Part shown: piece after piece, positions 9,378 through 19,407 of the stretch
Layout of the letters: every line of letters starts with the position of its first letter
How positions within the stretch are numbered: the first letter of the stretch is position 1
Origin: Promethearchaeota archaeon
GTDB lineage: Archaea; Asgardarchaeota; Lokiarchaeia; Sigyniarchaeales; SOKP01
Length of the DNA stretch: 64,000 bases
Direction of reading: 5' to 3'
NCBI GenBank assembly: GCA_019058365.1
Contig: JAHPZE010000026.1
Span: 1-64,000 of the forward strand
Translations under genes and position numbers: made by a program
The notes under the pieces: model-generated
The model's database searches: none
What the model was told of the DNA's origin: nothing
What the model saw: the letters and a program-made list of their open reading frames with translations, nothing else

Positions 9378-10427
9378 CTACTTTTGGAGGAATTTCTTAT
9401 TCTCCTCTTTCCATAATCTCGTTTCCTTCTTGTGTCCAAGAAATACAAGAAGAAAAAAAATTGAAAAATAAATTGTTAAAATCAATAACGTAAAGAAATA
9501 GTATTTATATGTAAAACTCATAAAATGTAAAGCCAACCCTATTATAAAACCAGTGAATAACCTCGATCCTGTAGTACTTTTTCTTAATAAAAGCCTTTGG
9601 GTTCCCCAATCTATAAGACCTGGTATTGGTAGGATTATACACATAAGTAATGCAATTTCTGCACTAAATTCCACTTGGAAGATTTTAGCAGTTAAATAAG
9701 TTGTGAACATTGCGGATAAGCCACCAAGTATTACACCCGAACATCTTGTGCAAAAATAAATTTTAGTTCTACCAAATTGGAGATAAAAAGTATGATCTCT
9801 CGTTGAAAGAGGATGATGAGTTAAGATCATATAATATAAATCTTTTTCCTCTTTAGCAAGAATTCTATCATAGATGAGGAGAAATACTGGTATTATAAAA
9901 ATAACTGAGATAAGTGCTTGGAGTAAGAATTTAAAACCATAATTTATCACGATAACTTCAATTGTATTTTGATTAGGATAAATAAAAAATTGAAAAACAA
10001 TAATGAGACCAAAGACTATAAAGGATGCAATGATAAGAGCGATAAACGTATAATATACTTTAACCCCATCATGATATTTTAAAGGGTGATATTTATAGAT
10101 TCCATATAAAAACCCTAATGCGCCTGTAATAAAACACCATTCAAGATAAAAAGAACCATAAAATGCTAATTGATACAACAATTCTCCTAAAAACCCTGAG
10201 ATTAATCCTTGAATTGGCCCTGCTAATATTGAAAAAAATGTAAAAATCATAAGAGTTATACCAAATTGTATTGAAAATTCTTGGTCCATTATATAAATAG
10301 TTGAAATTGAGCCAAAAGGTTCAGAAATATACACATAAGAAATTGTAATAAAAGCTATAATTAAAAGATTTAAAAAAATAACCCGTAAAATATTGTTTTG
10401 CTCCTTTTTCTGAGCAGGTTCAGTCAA
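9378..10427 (-). CDS. ECF S-component-like domain fused to DUF2085-like membrane domain
   Basis: AGPIQGLISGFLGELL (S-component pattern); HH...H...FCTRCSG, LIDWGTQ, SRLFTG. Confidence 0.7.
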   Translation of the reverse strand: MTEPAQKKEQNNILRVIFLNLLIIAFITISYVYISEPFGSISTIYIMDQEFSIQFGITLMIFTFFSILAGPIQGLISGFLGELLYQLAFYGSFYLEWCFITGALGFLYGIYKYHPLKYHDGVKVYYTFIALIIASFIVFGLIIVFQFFIYPNQNTIEVIVINYGFKFLLQALISVIFIIPVFLLIYDRILAKEEKDLYYMILTHHPLSTRDHTFYLQFGRTKIYFCTRCSGVILGGLSAMFTTYLTAKIFQVEFSAEIALLMCIILPIPGLIDWGTQRLLLRKSTTGSRLFTGFIIGLALHFMSFTYKYYFFTLLILTIYFSIFFLLVFLGHKKETRLWKEENKKFLQK

Positions 10428-10482
10428 GATAAACCCATACTTTTTATTTATATCAATTTTGAATATTTAATGCTAAGAGATA

Positions 10483-11142
10483 TTAATTAAAAATATCGTC
10501 AAGGTCTTCGATTAATTTCTTCTTTGTCATTTCAAAACCCAATCGTAATACTTTTAGAATAATATTTTTTCCAAGAGGAACTTTGAGAATAGTGTCATCC
10601 TTCTCAACAATTGCTATTCCTTCTTCATTATAATCGAGCTGGCGTTTTAAAGCTTCATATGCTTTTTCTTTTGTTTTAAATGTTGCTTTAGATAACTCAT
10701 TATATCCTTGAACATCATCTTTTACATTTAGAAAAAGGATACTTTCTTCTATTTGCGTTATAAAACATTTCTTAGTTACTTCCTTTAATTTTCTATAGTT
10801 TTGGTGTGTGTTTTTGCACTGGCGGTCCGTTTGATCATTCTCTAAGTAAATAGGAAAATTTTTATTGACGATCCTTTCAAATTTTTCTTTTGATATCTCT
10901 CCATTTTGAACTAATTGTTTCGCGGAATCAAGTGTAACTCGAATCTGCTCTAGTGTACCAACTGTTGCTTCTTTGTCACTCCAGTATTTATAAAATGCTT
11001 TAATTATTGGTTTAACTACAAAATTTAAAGTGCCAGCATCTAATTCAGTATCAATAAGATTTTTTCCATAATTAAGACTTGTTTCCATTTGCTCAATCAT
11101 CCTTTTCTCTAAGATCTTATAGTTTCTCTCTATGTAATCCAT
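10483..11142 (-). CDS. Hypothetical protein, paralog of 11253..11915
   Basis: Shares MDYIERNY, DTELD.G.LNF, DQT.RQC, LK.P.G...I.K.LR.GFE with neighbour; start set at ATG 11142. Confidence 0.8.
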   Translation of the reverse strand: MDYIERNYKILEKRMIEQMETSLNYGKNLIDTELDAGTLNFVVKPIIKAFYKYWSDKEATVGTLEQIRVTLDSAKQLVQNGEISKEKFERIVNKNFPIYLENDQTDRQCKNTHQNYRKLKEVTKKCFITQIEESILFLNVKDDVQGYNELSKATFKTKEKAYEALKRQLDYNEEGIAIVEKDDTILKVPLGKNIILKVLRLGFEMTKKKLIEDLDDIFN

Positions 11143-11252
11143 TATTAAGCTCAAATCTCATTAATACTATAATAATTTAAAATTTCTAAAATTTAATTAA
11201 AAACAACTTACAAACTTTATTTGTAAAATCTATCATTAAATTAATATTTTAA

Positions 11253-11915
11253 TTATTTATTGTTATATGTTTCATTGAGTGCTTTAATAAACTCTTCTTT
11301 TGTCTGTTCAAAACCTTTCCTTAATGCTTTTATAATTATCTTTCTCCCAACGGGGAGTTTAAGAATGGTAGGATCGTTTTCAACTATTTTTATACTTTGA
11401 TCTGTAAAATCTAATTGTTTCATTAAATTTTGTGTAGCTACTTCTTTTGAAGGAAAAGCTAATCGACATAAGTCTCCATAATTATCTACTTCATCCATTA
11501 TCCCTAATAGTTTTACTACTTCTTTTAAATAATTTATAAATGTTTCTTTACTAGCATGCTTTAATTTTTCATAATTTTTATGTTGTCGTGAGCATTGGCG
11601 TGTTGTTTGATCTGCTTCTATGTATTTGGGAAACGATTCATTAAGAATCTCAATGAAAACATCATTAGAATTACCATTTAATAATAATTTCTTACCTGCT
11701 TCTAATGTAAGGTTAATCTGTTTTAAAGTACCCTCTCTAGCATCATTTTTAGCCCAATAATCGTAGAAGGATTTTACGATTGGCTTGATAATGAAGTTTA
11801 AAAGACCTGTATCTAATTCTGTTTCTACGAGATTTTTTCCTATAACAATGGAATTTTCCATTTGTTCAATCATTCGTTGTTTTATAAGTTGATAATTCCT
11901 TTCAATGTAATCCAA
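11253..11915 (-). CDS. Hypothetical protein, paralog of 10483..11142
   Basis: TTG start after GGAGA; collinear similarity over the full length to neighbour. Confidence 0.8.
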   Translation of the reverse strand: MDYIERNYQLIKQRMIEQMENSIVIGKNLVETELDTGLLNFIIKPIVKSFYDYWAKNDAREGTLKQINLTLEAGKKLLLNGNSNDVFIEILNESFPKYIEADQTTRQCSRQHKNYEKLKHASKETFINYLKEVVKLLGIMDEVDNYGDLCRLAFPSKEVATQNLMKQLDFTDQSIKIVENDPTILKLPVGRKIIIKALRKGFEQTKEEFIKALNETYNNK

Positions 11916-12119
11916 TGTTTATTCTCCGTTTATATCTGAAAAAAAATTTATATTAGCAAACTCAATTAATTATAATTAAAAGAGTTTTTTTCTTTTAAAA
12001 CAATTTCATAAGTTTCATAATTTTATGTGTTTAGAATTAATCTATTTAGGTAAAACATTAAAACCTATTATAAAAAGGAAAAAAATAATAAACAATTAAA
12101 AATCATAAAAATTAGTTAA

Positions 12120-15100
12120 ATGACTACATACTATTTTAAGATTTTAATTCTTGGGGACCCTGACACTATTCATTTTTATGCTTCACGAGCTTTTGGTGAG
12201 CCAGGGGAAGATCAAGAAACACATTTTAAATGGTATAAAGAAACTAAAGTTTTTGATGATATTTGTGATTTAGAAATTGATGCAATTACAAGTATCTCTG
12301 CAGATTTGGATGAAATAATTCCCATGGTAGACGGGATCATATATTTTTTGAATCCTGTAAATGAAGAAGAATCTGAGCTCTTTGAAATGATACTCCCTGA
12401 TATATTTTCAGTAAAACGTGATATCCCTACAATTGTTATGTTTTATGATCAGAATGGAATCTTACCCATTTCCGTTAATGATTTATTACAACATATATGG
12501 GTTAACTTTCCAAGTCTAGAGGCATTCGTGAATCTCCCCCCTAATAATTTTCATCAAGCACTTCAATCTATATGTTTAGCAATGATTAATGGCGATACTC
12601 CATTAAACATTGAAAATGCATGGATGAGATTTCCAATATTTATACAAATGGCAAATATCTATTTTAATAATCAAAATTATTATTATGCGGCACAAGCTAT
12701 TAGAAAAGCTGCTCTAATAGCAGATATATACAATAAAGAAGAATTTTTCATAATCAGTGAACAAGCTGCATATCTTTACTCCAAAATGAATCTATATTTA
12801 GAAGCTAGCAAGATTTTAGAAAAAGTAGATAAAAGAAAATCATTAAATTTTAAAAAACTCTATGCTGATGCTATAATAAGAGAGGGTAATCTTTTCTTCA
12901 ATAGAAATGAGTTTGAACAAGCTGCTACAAATTATGAAAGAGCAGCTCAATGGTCAAGCATAGAATTACTAGACAAGGCCTTTATTTATGAAGCGTTTAA
13001 ACTAGCAATAAGTTCTTGGATTTCAGCTTGCAGAGTTGAGGATGCTTTAAGGATCTTAGATAGTTTACCTCATCAAGATGTCATAATCTTATTAAAAGAA
13101 TTATCAGATAAAATTTGTGCTGGAGCGGATTATTTAGTCAGTATAAATAATTTTGAAGCCGCTAAAGAACAACTATACATAGCAATCAATAAATACCAAC
13201 GTGAAGCCCTTTCTGATGAATTAAAAACTTTAACTAATAAGTTGACTGAAGTCCTTATAAAGCTTTTTATACAACAAGTAAATAACCAAAAAAAGCATGC
13301 TGCTAAAAATACCTATGATGAACTTGAAAATATGTGGAACTCTTATAAAGTAGAAAAAGTAAATTTAGATTCGCCTTTAGAAGAACTAATTAATCTATTT
13401 TTCGTAACTAATAATTTTGGAACTGCAACCATTTTAATAGATAAGCTAAATTCAAGAAAATTAAAACAAAGCTTAGCCAAAATTAGAGATGAATTTGAAG
13501 ATAAGTATGAAGCGTTAAAAAAGAAAGAAGTAGAAGATTATATTAACAGGGGCGAGGAAATAATACGAAATTTTGGTGAAGCGGAAATAGATATCATAGC
13601 AGAAATGAATAAGCAAAAAATAATAGAAGCAAATGAATTTGTTCAGAATAACAATTATTTAAAGGCAGCAAACCTCTTAAAAAACCAGGCAGTATATCTT
13701 AAAAATATTGGCAAAGAAGATATAAAGGATATGGTCCTCACAAAGGCTTTAGATGTATTATTAGAAGGTTTGGAATTTGAAGATTTTTTCACTTTTTTTA
13801 ACGAAATCTCAGTTGATATGAAAAAAAAATATTTAACAAGAATATTTCCAAAATATTTTCAGAAATTACAAGAACTTCGAAAAGTAGAAGATTTTACAGG
13901 AAATGAAAAGATTTTTGAAAATTCAATTAGAATTTATCGGAATCAAATGCTTTATGATCAATCTAAGGAAATTAGTTTAATTTTTATTAAAGTAATTAAA
14001 AGTGAAGCTTTAAGAATTTTAGAACACGAAGGAGATCTTTCAGCAATTAATAAAGCAGAAATGTCTGTAAAAAAAGTTTTAAATATAGCATCAGCATATT
14101 TAGAAAAAGAAGAAAACGTAAATATCACATTTAATAAGATCTACAAGAAAGTTTCTGAAATTTATATTGAATTGAATGACTTACATTTAGCTCAAGTTTA
14201 TAATGATAAAATTGAAAATAAAGAATATAAAACTGAAATACACAAGAAAATTGAAAAGCTAGAAGCTGAGCAAAGTGCTGTTAGATCTAAAAAAGCTATC
14301 GAGACACGTAAAGGTGAAGTATTAAGAGAAAAAGGTTCTATTATTGAAAAAAGAGCACAAGAAGCGAAGTTAGATAAAGATAATCAAATGAGGGAGAGGA
14401 GGGGATTAAAAAGAGCTTATTTTAATGATGGTCTGACTCATTTGAAAAATCAACATTATAATAAAGCTTTTGAAGTGTATAAGAGTACAATCAATCGATT
14501 AAGTTTAATAAAAAAATACAATCTAGCAGGAGTATCATTAGTCGTAGCAATTCTAATACTTATGAAACAGAATAAATTTGAAGATATCAATGAGTTACTG
14601 AATGAGACAAAAACAAAATTATCGGGCTTAGGAAAATCTTTTTCTGAGACATTTCCAGTAACTCTCATAGAATATATAATTGATTTAAAAAATCTTCAAG
14701 AAGAGCAAAAATTCAAAGAATCCTTAAAGTTCTTAGAACGTATTCCATTATTTGAAGAGGAGTTGGTGTTATTAGAAGAATATTTAGGTGTAGATTATCA
14801 GAAAGAAGAAAAAGTAGAAAAGTTAAAAGATAAAGACATTTCAAAGGAACCAGTAAAAGAAATATTATCACGAGCAGAAGTTGGGGAATTATCTAAAAAA
14901 CAAATGGAAATGGATCAGAGGTTTGGAAAAATCCAATCTAAAAAAGGAGATGCTAAAAAAGATAAAGAAAGGATATTTAAGAAAAGAAAACCAATGAGAA
15001 AAAGATACTATGCACCTATATTAGACTTGCTAGAATCACAAAATTATGAAAAAGCAGCAATTAAATACTTAGAATTAGCAAATACACTTTCAAAAAGAAA

Positions 15101-15380
15101 AGATCTTGAAGCTAGTTCTTTAATGGTGAATTTATATGGTTTAGCTCTTTTAAAGGTAGGAGAATCAATAAATGTAATTAAGAATAACATTAATGATTAT
15201 TTAAATAGCTTAGGAGTTAACAAAAAATTAGTTAAAGAGACATTTTATGTAATGCTAATCTCGTTTCTAATTGACAGTAAACTATATAATTTTGAGAAAT
15301 ATTTTCCCAAAATTAAAGAAATGTTGGAAATCCTTCCGTTATTTGAAGAAGAGAATCTTTTGATAGTTATTGAAGAATAA
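12120..15380 (+). CDS. Large protein: degenerate small-GTPase-like N-domain plus TPR/SNAP-like alpha-solenoid
   Basis: FKILILGD, VDGIIYFLN, DIPTIVM strands; repeated Y/F..AA...KA helices; duplicated C-terminal module ending PLFEEE. Confidence 0.75.
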   Translation: MTTYYFKILILGDPDTIHFYASRAFGEPGEDQETHFKWYKETKVFDDICDLEIDAITSISADLDEIIPMVDGIIYFLNPVNEEESELFEMILPDIFSVKRDIPTIVMFYDQNGILPISVNDLLQHIWVNFPSLEAFVNLPPNNFHQALQSICLAMINGDTPLNIENAWMRFPIFIQMANIYFNNQNYYYAAQAIRKAALIADIYNKEEFFIISEQAAYLYSKMNLYLEASKILEKVDKRKSLNFKKLYADAIIREGNLFFNRNEFEQAATNYERAAQWSSIELLDKAFIYEAFKLAISSWISACRVEDALRILDSLPHQDVIILLKELSDKICAGADYLVSINNFEAAKEQLYIAINKYQREALSDELKTLTNKLTEVLIKLFIQQVNNQKKHAAKNTYDELENMWNSYKVEKVNLDSPLEELINLFFVTNNFGTATILIDKLNSRKLKQSLAKIRDEFEDKYEALKKKEVEDYINRGEEIIRNFGEAEIDIIAEMNKQKIIEANEFVQNNNYLKAANLLKNQAVYLKNIGKEDIKDMVLTKALDVLLEGLEFEDFFTFFNEISVDMKKKYLTRIFPKYFQKLQELRKVEDFTGNEKIFENSIRIYRNQMLYDQSKEISLIFIKVIKSEALRILEHEGDLSAINKAEMSVKKVLNIASAYLEKEENVNITFNKIYKKVSEIYIELNDLHLAQVYNDKIENKEYKTEIHKKIEKLEAEQSAVRSKKAIETRKGEVLREKGSIIEKRAQEAKLDKDNQMRERRGLKRAYFNDGLTHLKNQHYNKAFEVYKSTINRLSLIKKYNLAGVSLVVAILILMKQNKFEDINELLNETKTKLSGLGKSFSETFPVTLIEYIIDLKNLQEEQKFKESLKFLERIPLFEEELVLLEEYLGVDYQKEEKVEKLKDKDISKEPVKEILSRAEVGELSKKQMEMDQRFGKIQSKKGDAKKDKERIFKKRKPMRKRYYAPILDLLESQNYEKAAIKYLELANTLSKRKDLEASSLMVNLYGLALLKVGESINVIKNNINDYLNSLGVNKKLVKETFYVMLISFLIDSKLYNFEKYFPKIKEMLEILPLFEEENLLIVIEE

Positions 15381-15458
15381 ATTAATATTTGCTTAAAATT
15401 TATATTTAAAGAAATTTTGGGAATTGTTTTGAATTCTAAATTAAATTAACAAATCTTT

Positions 15459-16382
15459 TTATTCAACCATATTTGCATACTTTTGCAAATCCTTTACCCG
15501 CATACGAAGTGTGACTTCTGTAACTCGAGCAAGCTTAGAAATTTCTTTCTGAGTTCTGTTTTCATTACAAATTTTTGAACCGATATAAATAGCGGCTGCG
15601 GCAATTCCCTTAGGATCCTTTCCAGCAGAATTAAATCCACTTTCTTTTGCTTTTTCGATTATTTTGACAGCAATATTCCGACATTTCATAGAAAGTTTTA
15701 ACTCTTCATTAAATTTATCTACATAGCGATCTGCTGAGAAATGCTGAACCTTAAGGTTTAATTTAGGCAAGATTTCCATTAAAATTAGTCTGTAACTTTT
15801 TATGACTTTCTTTTTAGGTATTTGGGCAACTTTAGTAATCTCTTCGGCAGTTCTAGGTATTCCATGAACTCTTAAAGCCGCAAAAATCGAAGCGGATAAT
15901 AGTGTATCAATGCTACGACCCATAGTTAGCTTTTTCTTTACTGTTTGAGTATAAATTCGTAAAGCATCCTCCGCAACCGCATCAGGAATTCCTAACCTTT
16001 TTTGTAAACGTTGTAAATTTGGTAAAGCAATCCATAAATTTCTTTCATAGCTGGTAGTTAGTGATCTATGAATTTTCGCTAGTCTATTGAATTTTGATTT
16101 ATACTTTGGGCTTAATAACGTGCCTCTGGCATCTCTAGATCCTCTAATAATGGTTCTAGGACCAATAGGGCTATATACTCTTTCGTTACTTTTTCTTTTT
16201 TGTATTTCTTCTTGAGTAAAGGCTCTACGCGGGCTATCATCAAGAATCCGTGAATATACGAATCCACAATTTAAGCATACATAGAATCCATCCTCCTCAC
16301 TAATTTTAGGACTGTCGCAACAAGAGGGACCCTCCTCTGTACTATCCTTAAAAAAATCATCGTCTTCAAAATGAGCTGGCAT
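15459..16382 (-). CDS. tfb: Transcription initiation factor IIB (TFB)
   Basis: Zn ribbon CC...CLNCG, ERNL..AL..L.R, GRS, GKDPKGIAAAAIYI, RTQKEIS...VTEVTLR. Confidence 0.95.
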   Translation of the reverse strand: MPAHFEDDDFFKDSTEEGPSCCDSPKISEEDGFYVCLNCGFVYSRILDDSPRRAFTQEEIQKRKSNERVYSPIGPRTIIRGSRDARGTLLSPKYKSKFNRLAKIHRSLTTSYERNLWIALPNLQRLQKRLGIPDAVAEDALRIYTQTVKKKLTMGRSIDTLLSASIFAALRVHGIPRTAEEITKVAQIPKKKVIKSYRLILMEILPKLNLKVQHFSADRYVDKFNEELKLSMKCRNIAVKIIEKAKESGFNSAGKDPKGIAAAAIYIGSKICNENRTQKEISKLARVTEVTLRMRVKDLQKYANMVE

Positions 16383-16571
16383 TATTAAAAAAAGTAAAAG
16401 GATGGTAATTGAATTTTAATATTTTTCCTTAGAATTAGATAACTTATTAAATATATAAGTTTGATCTATTTTAAAGATAGACTTGTGAAAATTTAAATCT
16501 TAATCTTTTAAATAGTATCTTAAAAGTTTAATAAATAAGAATAAAAATTAAATCAACCTATTAATAATAGT

Positions 16572-17813
16572 ATGTCTTCAGAAGCTTCTAAAGATTTTAT
16601 AAAAGTCTTTTCGAAATTCTTGGATTCAGAATCCGTGAAAATAAGTAAATTACACGATATTGATGATGTTATAAAATTACCAATTCTATCATACAAATTC
16701 ATAGATAAAGAAGAATCGACAATAATGAAGCAGTTACTAGAAATTTCTACAATCGGAGATGCTTCTAAGTTAAATAAGGATAATCCATTTGATTCCTTAA
16801 CTGAAATTGAAGAGACGGATGAGTCAATTGAATTAGCAGTAAGTCTACAAAAAAAACTTGAAGAATTAAAGGTCAAATACCCCACCCTTGAAGAAAAATT
16901 AAAGAAAGTAATAACCATCAGCTCACTTATTGTGAGTGTTAAAGAAGAAAAAGAGGTAATTGACGAAATAGGACAAAAAGTACTTGTTGCGGGACTAGAT
17001 AATGCAGGAAAAACAGCAACGCTATCGAAATTTGGTGGACGTTTAGGAATAAGTGATATGATCTCAACACGTCCAACGAAGGGAGTTGTTCGAATGAAAT
17101 TTGGAAGCAGTCATTTAAACTTGTATATCTGGGATTTAGGTGGACAAGAAGAATATAGGGAGAGGTATTTAAATAATCCAGAGCAATACTTTCTACAGCT
17201 TGATTTGTTAATTTATATAATAGATGTACAAGATCCAGATAGATTTGATGATGCTCTTGAATATTTTGAGAAAATCATAGACTCATTAATTATCTTGGAA
17301 GAAAATCCGTATATATTGATTTTTATTAATAAATATGACCCAGATTTAAAAAATAACCCTAAAATTCTCTTAAACATAGAACTTTTAAAGGATAATATCA
17401 ATGAACTATTTAAAACCAAGGGTTATGATCTTCATTTGGAGATTTATTTAACATCAATATACTCATTAATCTCACGCGAACCACAATTCGCAAAATATAT
17501 TAAAAATCTTATGAGTGCTAGTTATTCTCTTAGTGATCCAACAGTTAGGAAAGTTGAAGGTCTTGGAAAAACATTAGAAGAAACTTTAAATGCAGTTATT
17601 AGACTATCAGAAAGTTTATCTACTCAGCTTAACGATCTTGATAACCGTCTCAGAGCTATAGAATCAGGAGCATTTCAAGTTGCTCAAAGTGGAATTCCTA
17701 TTGAAATTGCTAATCCAAATCAGCCTTCAGCAAGGCCTCAGGAAAGTGCTAGATTACAAGTATTAAATGAATTAAAGGATTTGTTTGGTAAGAGACGTAG
17801 ATTGGATCTCTAA
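16572..17813 (+). CDS. Arf/Arl-like GTPase with N-terminal extension and C-terminal coiled coil
   Basis: GLDNAGKT, PTKG, WDLGGQ, NKYD, TSI. Confidence 0.9.
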   Translation: MSSEASKDFIKVFSKFLDSESVKISKLHDIDDVIKLPILSYKFIDKEESTIMKQLLEISTIGDASKLNKDNPFDSLTEIEETDESIELAVSLQKKLEELKVKYPTLEEKLKKVITISSLIVSVKEEKEVIDEIGQKVLVAGLDNAGKTATLSKFGGRLGISDMISTRPTKGVVRMKFGSSHLNLYIWDLGGQEEYRERYLNNPEQYFLQLDLLIYIIDVQDPDRFDDALEYFEKIIDSLIILEENPYILIFINKYDPDLKNNPKILLNIELLKDNINELFKTKGYDLHLEIYLTSIYSLISREPQFAKYIKNLMSASYSLSDPTVRKVEGLGKTLEETLNAVIRLSESLSTQLNDLDNRLRAIESGAFQVAQSGIPIEIANPNQPSARPQESARLQVLNELKDLFGKRRRLDL

Positions 17814-18541
17814 ACTTTTACTTTATTCTTTTTTAATAAAGCTTGAATAGTTTTATTAATTGCCAGTAAAAATATAATGAGAAATATAGAAAAAGAAAGC
17901 AAAAAATAACCAATATTATTCAATAACATTGGATTGATTTGGTGATATTGTTTTTCATTTACAACAAACTTCTCTAAATATGTCACTATTTTAAATATTA
18001 GTGGACCAGTTAAATAAAGAGCTATTAGAAATCCTATAATTCCAAAAATGGATCCAAATATAACATCTGAAGGGTAATGTACACCAAGCTGAATCCTAGA
18101 AAAAGAGACTATGACAGCAACTAATAATATTAAAATTGTTATCCAAGGTGATCTTAAAAAAACCAATCCAATCAACAATCCTTGGGACACAATATTATAT
18201 GAATGCCATGACGGAAAACTTCTTGAAGTCGGCTTTCGCTCAAGAACATTTATTTCACCTTCTTCAAATTTTTCATATGGTCTTTTTCTTTTTATTGTTT
18301 GTTTTATCGCTAATACTAGAATGAATCCGGTAAGAAATGTAGCAGAGATATAAGATAATGAAAAGGGATCATACCAAACAAATAAATAAAAAGTTATTAA
18401 AAAAAGCCATAAAGTTTCCCTACCAAAAAAAGAAAAAAACTTTAAGATGATTGTTAGTGGTCTCCCACCAAAACCATTATATTTTATAATTATTCTTTGA
18501 TCCCATTTATCAATTTTATTTGAAAAATCTTTAAATTCCAT
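17810..18541 (-). CDS. PAP2-family membrane phosphatase
   Basis: KxxxKRKRP, SFPSWH, SRIQLGVHYPSD. Confidence 0.92.
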   Translation of the reverse strand: MEFKDFSNKIDKWDQRIIIKYNGFGGRPLTIILKFFSFFGRETLWLFLITFYLFVWYDPFSLSYISATFLTGFILVLAIKQTIKRKRPYEKFEEGEINVLERKPTSRSFPSWHSYNIVSQGLLIGLVFLRSPWITILILLVAVIVSFSRIQLGVHYPSDVIFGSIFGIIGFLIALYLTGPLIFKIVTYLEKFVVNEKQYHQINPMLLNNIGYFLLSFSIFLIIFLLAINKTIQALLKKNKVKV

Positions 18542-18563
18542 AATAATATGAATAACGTATCTT

Positions 18564-19364
18564 TTAAATTGGGTTTAACAAATTATATGATTCTATCACT
18601 TTTGGGATTTTTTCTTTAAAATAGTCTAAAGAATGTGAATCAGAACCAATAAAAAATTCTACTCCTTCTTTCTTTAACTGTTTCATTACATTCATTGATG
18701 GAAATGTTCTATTTATTGGAAATCTCAATCCAGATAAATTCAATTCTACTTTCATTTTATTTTTTATACATAAACGACCTAAATCTATTACTCGATCATC
18801 AGATATATCACAATCATTTGTAGGTATGAATTCATTATTATTAATATAGCGAAAGATAGTATCAATATGACATACATTTTTGAAAATTTGTGAATTAATC
18901 ATTTTTTTACTCAACTCAAAATAATAATCTATAATCCTTTTCATTGGAATTTTTTCTAAAAGTTTAGTTAATCCATCTTTAGTTGTAATAGGATAACCAA
19001 TTATCCACTCATGAATTGATCCTCCAATAAAGTCTAATTCCTTCCCATAATCATCCATAAATTCCATTAGTTTAATTTCTTTATCCTCATAATATTCAAC
19101 TTCTAATCCACTTAAGATGAAATCATAAGTTTCTTTCCATATATCTATCTCCTCAAGATAATCATCTATTCTACCATTATAAAATGGATTAGTCTTATCA
19201 TTTTCCACATAATAGAGTTCAAAATGATCAAGAAAACAGACATTGATTTGTTGTTCTTCAGCAATTTTTATGTAATCTTCAAAAGTGGGACCATCTTCTG
19301 CTACATCTACACTCCAAGGTGTAGTATGAACATGAAAATCTGTAAATTTAAATCGCATAAACAA
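18564..19364 (-). CDS. PHP-family phosphatase (histidinol-phosphatase HisJ-like)
   Basis: DFHVHT, LDH, GLEVEY, GSIH, HID, GSDSH. Confidence 0.85.
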   Translation of the reverse strand: MFMRFKFTDFHVHTTPWSVDVAEDGPTFEDYIKIAEEQQINVCFLDHFELYYVENDKTNPFYNGRIDDYLEEIDIWKETYDFILSGLEVEYYEDKEIKLMEFMDDYGKELDFIGGSIHEWIIGYPITTKDGLTKLLEKIPMKRIIDYYFELSKKMINSQIFKNVCHIDTIFRYINNNEFIPTNDCDISDDRVIDLGRLCIKNKMKVELNLSGLRFPINRTFPSMNVMKQLKKEGVEFFIGSDSHSLDYFKEKIPKVIESYNLLNPI

Positions 19365-19407
19365 ACAAAATAATTAATTAAGGAAGAAAAATAAAAATTT
19401 TGGATAT

